From an uncultured Gammaproteobacteria bacterium (GTDB lineage Bacteria > Patescibacteriota > Patescibacteriia > UBA9934), in the NCBI GenBank assembly GCA_964599455.1, contig CAZREA010000001.1, forward strand, positions 199,687 through 263,686: a stretch of 64,000 nt of DNA, given 5' to 3'. Positions within the stretch are counted from its first letter, which is position 1. Each line of letters opens with the position of its first letter. The notes below the pieces were generated by a model that ran no database searches, was not told the DNA's origin, and saw only the letters and a program-made list of their open reading frames with translations. Both the position numbers and the translations under genes were made by a program. Positions 1 through 9,300 of the stretch are shown in pieces.

Positions 1-220
1 ACGAGGAGGGATTCGAGAGAAGTTTTAATGAGGTCGACGAACGGTGACGGAGATCACTCGTTGCGAGCACGGAACGTTCCGTGCTCGCAGATCCATCTGC
101 ATACAGAACATATCCCCTTTTTGTTATGTGTGCAGATGGATTCCTTTTATCACCGACGAAAAGGTGGTAAAAGGAAACAGGTACCGAACATCCACATCCT
201 TCAACTCAAGCGAGGTAGCC

Positions 221-928
221 ATGAAGTACGGAGCATCTTCTTTCGTCGCGTTCGTGATCCTCGCGATGACCTGTGGCTGCAGGTCTGAGCAGGGATTGAC
301 GTACGAAGCGGAAGAAAGCGCGGGCGGCGTGTTCATGCCGCCGCAAGAGGACGAGCCGTACTACGAAGCGCAGAGCTGTGCGGCGATCGTCGACGAGGCG
401 GCCTGGCCGGGCATGGACTCGGAAACAGGTATGGTGGGCGTGCAGGCGCTACCCATGTACGTGTACGACGGTCCGAGCGAGATAAGTATCTCGCAGGGAG
501 ATCTCGTTGATCTTCCCATTATCGCCTCGTCGTACCTGCAGTGCGGCGATCTCACACTCACCTACAGCTTCTGGACCGTCGCGGTGATTGGCAATCCGGA
601 AGCAGATGTCGCGGATGAGGACATCGATTTGGGATCATCGCTCCAAGTCGACGACAACGTCTCCGACCACGAAACGAACGCCCAACTGCAATCACCTTCG
701 ACGACGTTCTTCTCGAGCTTCGGCCACGAGATCGAGATCGCCGCGGATGACGAAAAGGAGCTGATCTTCACCTGGTACGGCTCGAACGCCGTTTCCGCAG
801 GATCAACCATCACGCTGCTCGCCAACATCATCTCGTGGCGAGACGAAACGACCGGTGCGGAAATCGAGCTCGATACCACGCCAATGCAAAAAGGAATCAA
901 GATCATCGCGCACGTAGAGGAGCGCTGA
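221..928 (+). CDS. hypothetical secreted protein/possible lipoprotein (N-terminal hydrophobic signal ending in Cys-Gly-Cys)
   Basis: ORF 44-928 trimmed to the internal Met at 221 (MKYGASSFVAFVILAMTCGC), a signal-peptide-like N-terminus. The product is acidic with no recognisable domain. Confidence 0.4.
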   Translation: MKYGASSFVAFVILAMTCGCRSEQGLTYEAEESAGGVFMPPQEDEPYYEAQSCAAIVDEAAWPGMDSETGMVGVQALPMYVYDGPSEISISQGDLVDLPIIASSYLQCGDLTLTYSFWTVAVIGNPEADVADEDIDLGSSLQVDDNVSDHETNAQLQSPSTTFFSSFGHEIEIAADDEKELIFTWYGSNAVSAGSTITLLANIISWRDETTGAEIELDTTPMQKGIKIIAHVEER

Positions 929-1016
929 CGACCTATATTCCTCGGACCTGAACGCTGTTCAGGTACCCGTCCGTGTGTGCAACGTATTTTCTTCGTTGCA
1001 TATACAGACGGGTATT

Positions 1017-1472
1017 TTATTTCTCTTCAATCACAATAGTCACTTCGTTTTCAGAAATATCTTTTAACAGCAACGTATATTTTCCTTCACGATTATTTTC
1101 TCCACTTAAGGAAATCTCTTTTGTAGGTTCACGCAAACTTAATGCAAGTGGCGTTACTATCAAACTCTCTTCATATCGGACCGAGAAACGCGCCGATAAT
1201 TCACCTGCCCAATAACACGTTGCATCTTCCGGACAACGTGAATCGTTAATTTCAGTAAGCTCTACGATAAGTGATCCCAGTTGATAAGCCTGATGCGCTT
1301 CGGTTGTAAAATGCAATTCCTCTTTAAATGCACCGGGAACAATCGTCAAAGGAATATCTCGATCAACAGGTACCTGCCTATCTCCGTTAAAGAAATACAC
1401 GCCCAAACCCGCACAAAATCCCACAACGAAAACGATTGCGATGCAAAGAAAAAGTATTTTTTGATTTTTCAT
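1017..1472 (-). CDS. membrane-anchored hypothetical protein
   Basis: ORF 1017-1484 starting at MKNQKILFLCIAIVFVVGF (a single N-terminal TM helix). No recognisable domain. Confidence 0.4.
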   Translation of the reverse strand: MKNQKILFLCIAIVFVVGFCAGLGVYFFNGDRQVPVDRDIPLTIVPGAFKEELHFTTEAHQAYQLGSLIVELTEINDSRCPEDATCYWAGELSARFSVRYEESLIVTPLALSLREPTKEISLSGENNREGKYTLLLKDISENEVTIVIEEK

Positions 1473-1483
1473 AAAAGATCTCA

Positions 1484-2101
1484 TTATAACGATCGACGAC
1501 GATACAACAAGAGACGATTAAAAGAATAAGTCCATTGATCGATCTGCCGAAAATGTCGATCAAAGAATGCAGGCAAGTCAAGAGAGACAAACGCATTCAA
1601 CAGACAATAGCCGTTCATATCAACAATACGAGCAATCGCATCAATCATTGTATCACTCGCAAGCGCGGAGGGCGTCACATTTCCTTTAAACAAATCAACA
1701 AGGACAAGGTCAAATGTTTCATTCATGGCGGGCACAAGAGCTATGGCATCACCTTGTAAAATAACGATAGGACGTTGGTTTGGATGAAGATGCTTATAGA
1801 TGGCAATCATTTCTGGATCCCATTCAATCACCGTCACATCACAGTGCAAAAAACGTCTTTGTATACTTTGAATTGCACATCCGCCACCAAGTCCCAGCAT
1901 CAGCACACGTTTTGCAGAGAATGATGTCGGTAAACGTTTCAGCGCCTCCTCCCACATAATCTCCACATACGCCGTCGATTGATGATAGCCGTCCACAAAA
2001 ACTTCTGTCTCTCCAAATCCGTATTTCAACACAATTTCCCCATTTTTTTCTGAAGCAATCTTTTTCTGTCCAAAAAAGGGAAACATAGATGCTCCCACCA
2101 T
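1484..2101 (-). CDS. spermidine synthase-like (PABS family) class I methyltransferase
   Basis: LGLGGG glycine-rich SAM-binding motif, VIEWDPEMI and LVLVDLF motifs typical of the spermidine/spermine synthase fold. The start is set at internal MVGASMFPFF to avoid overlap with the upstream MFS gene. It is paralogous to the gene at 55215-55820. Confidence 0.6.
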   Translation of the reverse strand: MVGASMFPFFGQKKIASEKNGEIVLKYGFGETEVFVDGYHQSTAYVEIMWEEALKRLPTSFSAKRVLMLGLGGGCAIQSIQRRFLHCDVTVIEWDPEMIAIYKHLHPNQRPIVILQGDAIALVPAMNETFDLVLVDLFKGNVTPSALASDTMIDAIARIVDMNGYCLLNAFVSLDLPAFFDRHFRQIDQWTYSFNRLLLYRRRSL

Positions 2102-2129
2102 ACCATGACAGTCCTTTTGTACAATGTTC

Positions 2130-3086
2130 TCAGTTGATGAGTATCCACGCAAGAAATCCACCGACCGCAATCGCAAAACCGAGTACACATCCTGCAATGG
2201 TAGCTGCATAACGAGGAAACGTTTGTACCGCAGTTGCAAGAATAATCGGTGTTGAAGATTGCAAAAAGAATATCCCTAAAAGAAGAAAAAGAAATGAAGG
2301 CACAGGAAAACAGAGAAGTGACAAGAGTGCGGTGATACCAATGATATGCCATGAACCAAAACGATCGGCTGCGTAACCACCAACCAATTTACCTAATCCT
2401 GCAACGATACCAAATGCGAGAATCACATCGATATTTGCCGCTGTGGCACCATAAATAGTCCAGATTGTCGAACGTAGTGCAACGATGATGAGAAGAAAAA
2501 TGAGGACGAGGGTGTACCGCTCGTGCAGCACGTCCTCAAGATCGCTTTCCTTCCTCACGTCAGGACAAGCGGCAACATTCGGAACGTCAAGTTGCCTCGC
2601 AATGACGAAGAGCACGATCACAGTAATGCTCACCGCACCAAGCAACCAAGGCGCCATCGCCCACCCCAACATGCCCGCAACCATCCCAAACGACAAACCC
2701 ATCACGCCCGGTGCAGTAAAAATGGCGGCACCTATACTTTTTTGCGGCGTGGCTAAACTCGCCACCGCTCCGGCACCTACATGGAAAAATCCGGATCCTA
2801 CAGCGATGATCATAAAACCGATCATCGGAAAAAAGAAAAAAACAAAAAAGCCGATAGCAACCAGAAAGATTCCAATAGCTGCCGCAAGCATCGGCCTTGC
2901 CCATCGATCAACGATATATCCAAACAATGGTTGCAACGCAAAAGTAATAACGTTATAGAGCAAAATGACACCACCAATCCGCAACAACCCTACTGATCCG
3001 ACTAAAGACGCAGCGGTAAAACCACTAATCGCATCAGCTACGGCATGTGCGAATCCTAAAGCGAGAACAATTCGCCAAGAAGACAT
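2130..3086 (-). CDS. MFS-type transporter (multi-TM membrane protein)
   Basis: About 318 aa, highly hydrophobic with 10-12 predicted TM helices and a GxxxDRxGRR-like loop (IVDRWARPM). It lies immediately upstream of a SpeE-like gene, the same order as in proteins annotated as fused MFS/spermidine synthase. Confidence 0.65.
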   Translation of the reverse strand: MSSWRIVLALGFAHAVADAISGFTAASLVGSVGLLRIGGVILLYNVITFALQPLFGYIVDRWARPMLAAAIGIFLVAIGFFVFFFFPMIGFMIIAVGSGFFHVGAGAVASLATPQKSIGAAIFTAPGVMGLSFGMVAGMLGWAMAPWLLGAVSITVIVLFVIARQLDVPNVAACPDVRKESDLEDVLHERYTLVLIFLLIIVALRSTIWTIYGATAANIDVILAFGIVAGLGKLVGGYAADRFGSWHIIGITALLSLLCFPVPSFLFLLLGIFFLQSSTPIILATAVQTFPRYAATIAGCVLGFAIAVGGFLAWILIN

Positions 3087-3087
3087 A

Positions 3088-3402
3088 TTAAAAAAGAAAA
3101 AGTCCGATGAGTGCACTCGTCATATTCGCCAATACCAGGGCAGCAAAGACGCGTGTTCGTTTTTTTGGAAAGAACATCATAAACACCAACGCTTCAAAAA
3201 GCGTGACGATGATCTCGGTCGGCAACCAGCCGATCCGTTCCAAAATGAGATACCACGCCAACGGATGCGTGACTAAATTTATACAAACAACGAGATACGC
3301 AATACGCCACCATGACAGCTGCAACGCCTTTCGAGCAATCAGCAAAATGATCGGTAATTCAATAACGATCGTGAGAAGCAAAAATCTTATTTCTTCTTCC
3401 AT
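3088..3402 (-). CDS. small integral membrane protein
   Basis: 104 aa with 3 hydrophobic segments. Its stop is adjacent (1 nt) to the MFS start codon, suggesting translational coupling. Confidence 0.4.
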   Translation of the reverse strand: MEEEIRFLLLTIVIELPIILLIARKALQLSWWRIAYLVVCINLVTHPLAWYLILERIGWLPTEIIVTLFEALVFMMFFPKKRTRVFAALVLANMTSALIGLFLF

Positions 3403-3584
3403 ACCACATATCCGATAATCAATCCCACAAGACCAAGCAATACAATCCCCGCAGCAATATTCCAGTTCATCCCACGAGGACTAACGTCATAAGGATAGAG
3501 TGCATCGGCATACACAGCAATCGGCGCGAGCAATCCAAACAAAAAGGCAACGTGATACGATTTCATATAGAAACAGAATAGCAT
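3387..3584 (-). CDS. small membrane/secreted protein
   Basis: 65 aa ORF with a signal-like segment (AFLFGLLAPIAVYA) and a C-terminal TM helix followed by KKK. Short and weakly supported. Confidence 0.3.
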   Translation of the reverse strand: MLFCFYMKSYHVAFLFGLLAPIAVYADALYPYDVSPRGMNWNIAAGIVLLGLVGLIIGYVVWKKK

Positions 3585-3649
3585 ATATGTATTCTTTTCT
3601 CTTCATATCTCTTCCTTGCTTTTGTTCGCAAATTTTGTTATAAAAATCT

Positions 3650-3916
3650 ATGTTTTCTCTTTTCAAGAAAAAAGAACAAAAAATACTCTCTCTGCCAAAA
3701 ATCGGTGACGAGCTTTACATCCCACCAGAACGATATATTGATTTCAATCCTGCTGAACGAGAAGGAGGATTAGCAAAAGTTATCGAAGTGGATGCGGAAC
3801 AGGATCGCATTGTTTTTGCAGAGTTTGGAGAATTTTCGTTACGAAAGTTTCAAGAGCAACAAGAGAAACTTGAGAAACGATTCAGTAAGCAACGAGCTCG
3901 ATTCCTTCGGCAATAA
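3650..3916 (+). CDS. hypothetical protein (88 aa)
   Basis: Clean ORF in an otherwise AT-rich spacer, with a charged C-terminus. No known motif. Confidence 0.35.
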   Translation: MFSLFKKKEQKILSLPKIGDELYIPPERYIDFNPAEREGGLAKVIEVDAEQDRIVFAEFGEFSLRKFQEQQEKLEKRFSKQRARFLRQ

Positions 3917-4004
3917 CTTCTACTCTCGCAGCTTGTAAAAAAGATGCTTCTTTGATAGGTTATTTTCTCACTCCGATGAAACCGTCTACGGAAAGGAATA
4001 TCGC

Positions 4005-4313
4005 ATGATCCCCCTGCTTGCATCCCTGTTCATCACAATCGTGTTTATCACTTTCATTGTTCCCTATCTCGAAAGACAACCGACACCGTGGTCGACTCTG
4101 GGATTGGAAGCGGCTAAATATGGATGGGCAGCCTTCTTCCTTTTCATCTTCTCCCTCTCCGTTCTAACTTCGTTCGAGGCGGGTCACATCTGGTTTTATA
4201 GGTTCATGATGTTCGTTCTAGCCTGTCTCGTCGCCTTCCCTCTGACATTGGCTATTCTGAATCTCAGTGAGGCCATCACGAGACACAGAAAAATGAGAAG
4301 GTTCCGCCCCTGA
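4005..4313 (+). CDS. small integral membrane protein
   Basis: 102 aa with three hydrophobic helices. A GGAA RBS-like sequence precedes the ATG. Confidence 0.4.
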   Translation: MIPLLASLFITIVFITFIVPYLERQPTPWSTLGLEAAKYGWAAFFLFIFSLSVLTSFEAGHIWFYRFMMFVLACLVAFPLTLAILNLSEAITRHRKMRRFRP

Positions 4314-4441
4314 CTCCGCTCCGCGTCCCGAGTCTCACTGGCTCGGGTACCCGTCTGTTATTCGCATCATCAGTCATGCGAACAACAGACGGATACACTC
4401 ACAAATCCTTTTCTTTTCAAACATGCTATCGTAAAAAGGAT

Positions 4442-5077
4442 ATGACCCTAGAAGACCAAATCGTCGCGCATCTTCGCGAAATGTATCAGCCTGTTGCGAT
4501 TATCTTGCATGGCTCCCGTGCACGTGGTTCTGCGCGAGAGAATAGCGATTGGGATCTGTATGTTTTTGCTCAAGAGAAAGGTGTTGTGGGAAAAACAAAA
4601 AAATTCATGGATCACTATTTAGACGTTGCGGTCTTCTCTCTTCCTTTCGAACAATACGATCTTCTGAAAACTTTTCGCACAACATTACGTTACACCAAAA
4701 TTCTTTTTGATAAACAGAACATCGCTCAAGATTTCATCCAAAAAGCTCAAGAGATCTACGCTCTTGGAAATATCTTGTCCGATCAAGAGATCACCAATCG
4801 TCAGCAACGTTTTGCGCGTGTACTTTCACGACTTGAAGGTACGATAGATGATCCCCTTCTTTTCTTTTATCACGCAGGACTCTTTTTTGAAGCAGTCATT
4901 CGTTATTGGTTTGAAGTACAAAAAGAATGGTCTGAACCGCCCTACATCGCCTTGCCACTTATCGAGCAACGCGATCCGGCGTATTATCAACTTCTCAAAA
5001 CGATCGCAACTGATCAAAATCCAAAGCAACGCCTAGATGCGTATCGAGAAATCTCCAAAAAGCTTTTTGACAAATAA
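4442..5077 (+). CDS. nucleotidyltransferase-domain protein (Pol beta superfamily; ANT/Lnu-like architecture)
   Basis: Start trimmed to MTLEDQ. The HGSRARGSARENSDWDLYVF stretch matches the GS-x9-10-DxD minimal nucleotidyltransferase motif, followed by a C-terminal helical domain. Confidence 0.6.
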   Translation: MTLEDQIVAHLREMYQPVAIILHGSRARGSARENSDWDLYVFAQEKGVVGKTKKFMDHYLDVAVFSLPFEQYDLLKTFRTTLRYTKILFDKQNIAQDFIQKAQEIYALGNILSDQEITNRQQRFARVLSRLEGTIDDPLLFFYHAGLFFEAVIRYWFEVQKEWSEPPYIALPLIEQRDPAYYQLLKTIATDQNPKQRLDAYREISKKLFDK

Positions 5078-5102
5078 TACTCTATAAAACAATGTAACAA
5101 AT

Positions 5103-5792
5103 ATGAAAAAATCCCTCTATCTTCTTCTCTTTCTTATCCTCGGCATCATCCTCGCTGGTTTACTGCTCTTTTGTTTTTATACGTCACCAGCAACAGAGGA
5201 CGCATGCAAGAATGACGAGAATCCTTCGGAATGTTATGTCGCCGAAGCACTTGCACAAGAAGATCCGCGTATCTGCAATCGCGCGGGAGCGGCATATGAT
5301 GACATGTGCATGCAGCGATATTATCAAGCCCATACCAATGCTGACGTATGCAGAACCATTCCTAAAAGAGGTATTCGTGAGCACTGTGAAAAGCATTTTG
5401 CAGGTCTCCTTGATTCATCCGAGGAAGAGCCCGAACACGAGAACTCTTCTGCAGATGAAGAAATCACCACGACAGACGATATTGTCGTTACTTCTCCCAC
5501 ACGCAATGCAATCGTTGCCTCACCACTCACCATCGCTGGTAAAGCCAAAGGCACCTGGTTTTTTGAAGCCTCTTTCCCTATCGTTCTTTTGGATGCCGAC
5601 GGCAATGTACTCGTGGAAAGTCATGCCACCGCTCTTGATGATTGGATGACCGAAGATTTTGTTCCCTTTAAAGCTGCGCTTTTGTTTGCTACTCCTGCAG
5701 CAGGCACAACCGGCACATTGGTTCTCAAAAAGGATAATCCTTCCGGTCTTCCCGAACACGATGCGTCGATTGAGATTCCGGTGAAATTCTAA
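5103..5792 (+). CDS. secreted protein with C-terminal Gmad2-like immunoglobulin-type domain
   Basis: N-terminal signal/TM (LLLFLILGIILAGLLLF), a Cys-rich middle and a C-terminal segment (FFEASFPIVLLDADGNVL...LVLKKDNPSGLPEHDASIEIPVKF) resembling Gmad2 domains. Confidence 0.5.
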   Translation: MKKSLYLLLFLILGIILAGLLLFCFYTSPATEDACKNDENPSECYVAEALAQEDPRICNRAGAAYDDMCMQRYYQAHTNADVCRTIPKRGIREHCEKHFAGLLDSSEEEPEHENSSADEEITTTDDIVVTSPTRNAIVASPLTIAGKAKGTWFFEASFPIVLLDADGNVLVESHATALDDWMTEDFVPFKAALLFATPAAGTTGTLVLKKDNPSGLPEHDASIEIPVKF

Positions 5793-5812
5793 GAAGGTTA
5801 AGGTAGTGAAGT

Positions 5813-6712
5813 ATGAACGCAATAACAATGACAAATCTCGAAAAACGTTACGCAACAGGTACGCACGCGCTCAAAGATGTCTCGTTCACGATTCCCGTCG
5901 GCAGCATGACTGCGCTTCTTGGCGCCAATGGTGCAGGCAAAACCACGCTTATCGGAATACTCACAGGACTTATCAAAAAAACGGGTGGGAGTGCACACAT
6001 TCTTGGCAAAGATATTGAACAGTCGCCAGAAGCAGCGCGTTCGCTTATTGGTGTTGTACCGCAAGAATTCAATTTCAGCATTTTTGAAAAAGTGCTCGAT
6101 ATCGTTGTTGATCAAGGAGGGTATTACGGTGTTTCGCGAGCAATCGCACGAAAACGCGCCGAAAAACTCTTGCAGGCGCTTGGGCTTTGGGAAAAACGTG
6201 ATGCGATTGCGCGTACCTTATCCGGTGGCATGAAGCGTCGACTCATGATTGCGCGGGCCCTTATTCATGAACCGAAAATCTTATTACTTGATGAACCGTC
6301 AGCAGGCGTTGATGTTGAATTGCGTCGAGGCATGTGGGATTTTATTCGCACCATGCACACCAAAGGAACAACCATTCTTTTAACTACCCACTATCTTGAA
6401 GAAGCTGAGCAGCTGTGCGATAACATTGTTATTTTGAAGCAAGGTGAGGTCATCCGCACCGGCACGGTCAGCGAACTCTTGCAAGGATTAACCGAGCAAT
6501 CGTTTTTTCTCTCGGTACGCGGAGGGAATCTTGCAAGCATCGACAACTATCGCATCGTCAAGAAAGATGAAGCGAGTGCCGATGTCACCCTTTTGCCCGG
6601 ACAAACCGTTACCGATCTCGCACGTGACTTGGCCGAACACGGCATCACCATTATCGACATCCGCCCAAAAACAAATCGACTTGAAGAAGTATTTTTGGAG
6701 GTTTCTAGTTAG
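5813..6712 (+). CDS. ABC transporter ATP-binding protein
   Basis: Walker A GANGAGKTT, ABC signature LSGGMKRR, Walker B ILLLDEP and an H-loop. It is followed by a permease gene. Confidence 0.9.
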   Translation: MNAITMTNLEKRYATGTHALKDVSFTIPVGSMTALLGANGAGKTTLIGILTGLIKKTGGSAHILGKDIEQSPEAARSLIGVVPQEFNFSIFEKVLDIVVDQGGYYGVSRAIARKRAEKLLQALGLWEKRDAIARTLSGGMKRRLMIARALIHEPKILLLDEPSAGVDVELRRGMWDFIRTMHTKGTTILLTTHYLEEAEQLCDNIVILKQGEVIRTGTVSELLQGLTEQSFFLSVRGGNLASIDNYRIVKKDEASADVTLLPGQTVTDLARDLAEHGITIIDIRPKTNRLEEVFLEVSS

Positions 6713-6724
6713 TGAAAATTATTT

Positions 6725-7486
6725 ATGTTCTCCACCGCCCTCCTTACCATCACCCGCAAAGAAATCAGCCGCATTTTCCGCATCTCCACCCAAACACTGC
6801 TGCCGCCGGTGATTACGCAATCACTCTATTTTGTCGTGTTCGGCAATTTGCTTGGCGCACATATTGGCGTTGTGGGCGGGTTAACCTATGCAGGCTTTTT
6901 AGTGCCGGGATTGGTGCTCATGGCCGTGGTGACGAATGCATTTTCGAATGTAGCCAGCTCTTTCTTTAGCGCAAAGTTTCAAAAAAGCATCGAGGAAATT
7001 CTCGTCGCACCAGTCTCTCCCGGCGTGATCATCGCTGGCTTTTGTTCAGGTGGCATTGTTCGCTCACTACTTGTAGGAATTATCGTCTTTATCATTTCGA
7101 TGTTTTTTGTCGTACCGGTCATCATGCATGTGTGGGCAATCGTTTTCTTCGGACTTATGACCGCCCTCGCCTTTTCGCTCATGGGATTTCTTAATGGACT
7201 CTTTGCCAAAAAATTTGATGACATCGGCATTATCCCCACATTCGTTCTTACTCCTCTTACGTATCTTGGCGGAGTTTTTTATGATATCAACCAGTTGCCG
7301 GGTATCTGGAAAATCATCAGCTATCTCAATCCCATCGCGTACGCCATTGATGGTTTCCGCTACGGCTTTTCTGGCACTGCTCATACGCCGGTCATTATCA
7401 GCGCAGTCACCCTCACGATAATCACCCTCGTTCTCACCGGTATCGCTTTAACACTCGTACGTCGAGGTGTAGGATTAAAAACATAA
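6725..7486 (+). CDS. ABC-2 type transporter permease
   Basis: 253 aa with 6 TM helices, 13 nt downstream of the ABC ATPase, forming an operon. Confidence 0.75.
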   Translation: MFSTALLTITRKEISRIFRISTQTLLPPVITQSLYFVVFGNLLGAHIGVVGGLTYAGFLVPGLVLMAVVTNAFSNVASSFFSAKFQKSIEEILVAPVSPGVIIAGFCSGGIVRSLLVGIIVFIISMFFVVPVIMHVWAIVFFGLMTALAFSLMGFLNGLFAKKFDDIGIIPTFVLTPLTYLGGVFYDINQLPGIWKIISYLNPIAYAIDGFRYGFSGTAHTPVIISAVTLTIITLVLTGIALTLVRRGVGLKT

Positions 7487-7559
7487 ACACCACCTATGAA
7501 AGTATGGAAATCTTGCCGAGCATCATGATAGTCATCAACACACATCGTCAACAGAAAAA

Positions 7560-7991
7560 ATGCTGCGAAGAAATGAAGCTCGTATGCGAGAGGAATACGA
7601 TCACCTTGGCAGCGAGTACGAAAATCGAAATTTATCCGATCATGAACAACGGCAATTCGTTATCTATTCCGTCATCTTCAGCGAACGTCATTTTAACGCA
7701 CGGCTTTTAGATGACATTGTCGATCAACTCCCCACAGAAAACATCTCCTCTGAAACACTCTTTTCACTCCCTCTTGATTCAACAACGCTCATTACTTCTA
7801 TCGAAAGTTTGAACAGCAAAACCAAAAAGACCCGATCTTCCACTGCGCCATACAAAATCCTGCACTATGCTCCGGTACACTGTACCGACGGACGCATCGT
7901 CCAAATCACCGGCCATCTTTTCCAGAAAGACCAGACGAGTATTTTCTTCACCGCGAAATACATGACCGATCCTAAAAAATACGATTCCTAG
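7560..7991 (+). CDS. hypothetical protein
   Basis: 143 aa ORF ending at a bidirectional terminator hairpin (8001-8036). Confidence 0.35.
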   Translation: MLRRNEARMREEYDHLGSEYENRNLSDHEQRQFVIYSVIFSERHFNARLLDDIVDQLPTENISSETLFSLPLDSTTLITSIESLNSKTKKTRSSTAPYKILHYAPVHCTDGRIVQITGHLFQKDQTSIFFTAKYMTDPKKYDS

Positions 7992-8000
7992 TAAACAGAT

Positions 8001-8036
8001 AAAAAATCTCCCTCATGATTCAGAGGGAGATTTTTT
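8001..8036. terminator. bidirectional rho-independent terminator
   Basis: AAAAAATCTCCCTCatgattcaGAGGGAGATTTTTT, a perfect 9-bp stem flanked by A and T runs. It serves the convergent genes 7560-7991 (+) and 8038-9228 (-). Confidence 0.7.
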
Positions 8037-8037
8037 A

Positions 8038-9228
8038 TTTAGATACGAGCCTCGGCCAAACCTTGCATCATTTCAATTTTCTGGCGCGCTTCGTGCCAGG
8101 GGGTGAGCGCTTCCACGATTATGGCATCATACTTTTCTGCTGTTTTTTCGTATGCCTTTTTCACCAGTTCGATTTCTGTACGCCATGCCACCTAGCCTTC
8201 TTCAGCAAGCGCTTCGGGGCCTTCGGTAAGGGCTTCATGACGTTGTTCCATTTTTTTCAGTTGCTCTTCAAGCTCTCGTAATTTTGCCCGATATTTTTCT
8301 TCTGCTACCTCCGCTGCGGCCAATCCCACACGCGCAACCTGCTCATCAAATGTACGAACCGTTTCCACTAAAGAAACTTGACTCGTCTCAACCCGCTCCG
8401 AGCTTTTTTGCATAATCGTCTCGGAAGTAAAACCCCACATTCCTCCAGAAAATTGCTCAATAAAACGAGAAAAGTTAGCCAATTGATCGTACGTGCCATT
8501 GTCAAATGCTCTCATTTCACTCAATTCCCGCGCACATTGACGCTCATTACTATTTTTGGCTTTTAACAACACTCCTCCTAAGCCAAGAACGTCAGGAATC
8601 CCCTGTATGCGCATGCGCTCTGCATACTCTTTGGCAAGCCCTGCATTGAGACTCAATCTGCCTGGCGAATTAGGATCAAGTACGGGACGTGATTCGTTGG
8701 TTGTTGAGATTCTTCTTCTAACTTTTTTGCAGTCTCTCGGAAAAACATCGTAGCCTCAACGGAATCCTCGCAGAAAAGTGAGACAAATTGGAGAGGAGTA
8801 ATATTTGAAATATCTTTTTCTATACCGGCTTTTTCTTCTTGAGCAAGAAAGGCGAGTACATCAGCAATTTTCTCTGGTCCAAATTTCGCCAAGAGTTCTG
8901 CTCCAAAAAAATCACGCACAAAAAACTGCATCGCCCAGCGTTCACTTCGCCGACGATTTACTTCATACGCTTCACGCTTTGCCTTTTCGGCAAACCATTC
9001 TGGAGAACCGACAATGGATTCTTTTTCAACTTTCTCAGTCACCGCATCTTCTTCCTCATCAAGGAAGGGAGAAATATTCTCTTCAGGTATTTCTTCAAGT
9101 TCGTCTTCTCCTGCGACAGGCGAGGTTTCTTCATTCATGACCATGGGAATCTCGCTGCTGGTGGTGGAGGGATTTGACCTCCCTCGCGCTCCATCGATAA
9201 CTCCCGGTAATCCAAATCGTGCTTTTGC
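8038..9228 (-). pseudogene. disrupted gene (pseudogene or recoded gene): a -1 frame change at an A_AAA_AAG heptamer plus an in-frame TAG
   Basis: On the minus strand, ORF 8653-9243 (frame A) and ORF 8192-8656 (frame B) overlap and together read like one protein. Frame B is the -1 frame of A at GCA_AAA_AAG (revcomp of 8722-8730). Frame B then meets TAG at 8192-8194, but the same frame continues with a plausible 50-codon extension (VAWRTEIELVKKAYEKTAEKYDAIIVEALTPWHEARQKIEMMQGLAEARI) to a TAA at 8038, just before the terminator. Confidence 0.4.
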
Positions 9229-9300
9229 CATACAAATAATCAATGAATATATGGGGGCGTCGTAGCAGGAATTGAAATGTGTGACTGAAAAATATCCCCA

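Noticed and set aside
2485-2958. 157-aa plus-strand ORF inside the MFS transporter gene
   Set aside because: It is antisense to a hydrophobic multi-TM frame and its composition is not protein-like.
8015-8281. 88-aa plus-strand ORF over the terminator at 8001-8036
   Set aside because: It overlaps the bidirectional terminator and the 3' extension of the disrupted minus-strand gene. It has no RBS and an odd Phe/Cys-rich composition.
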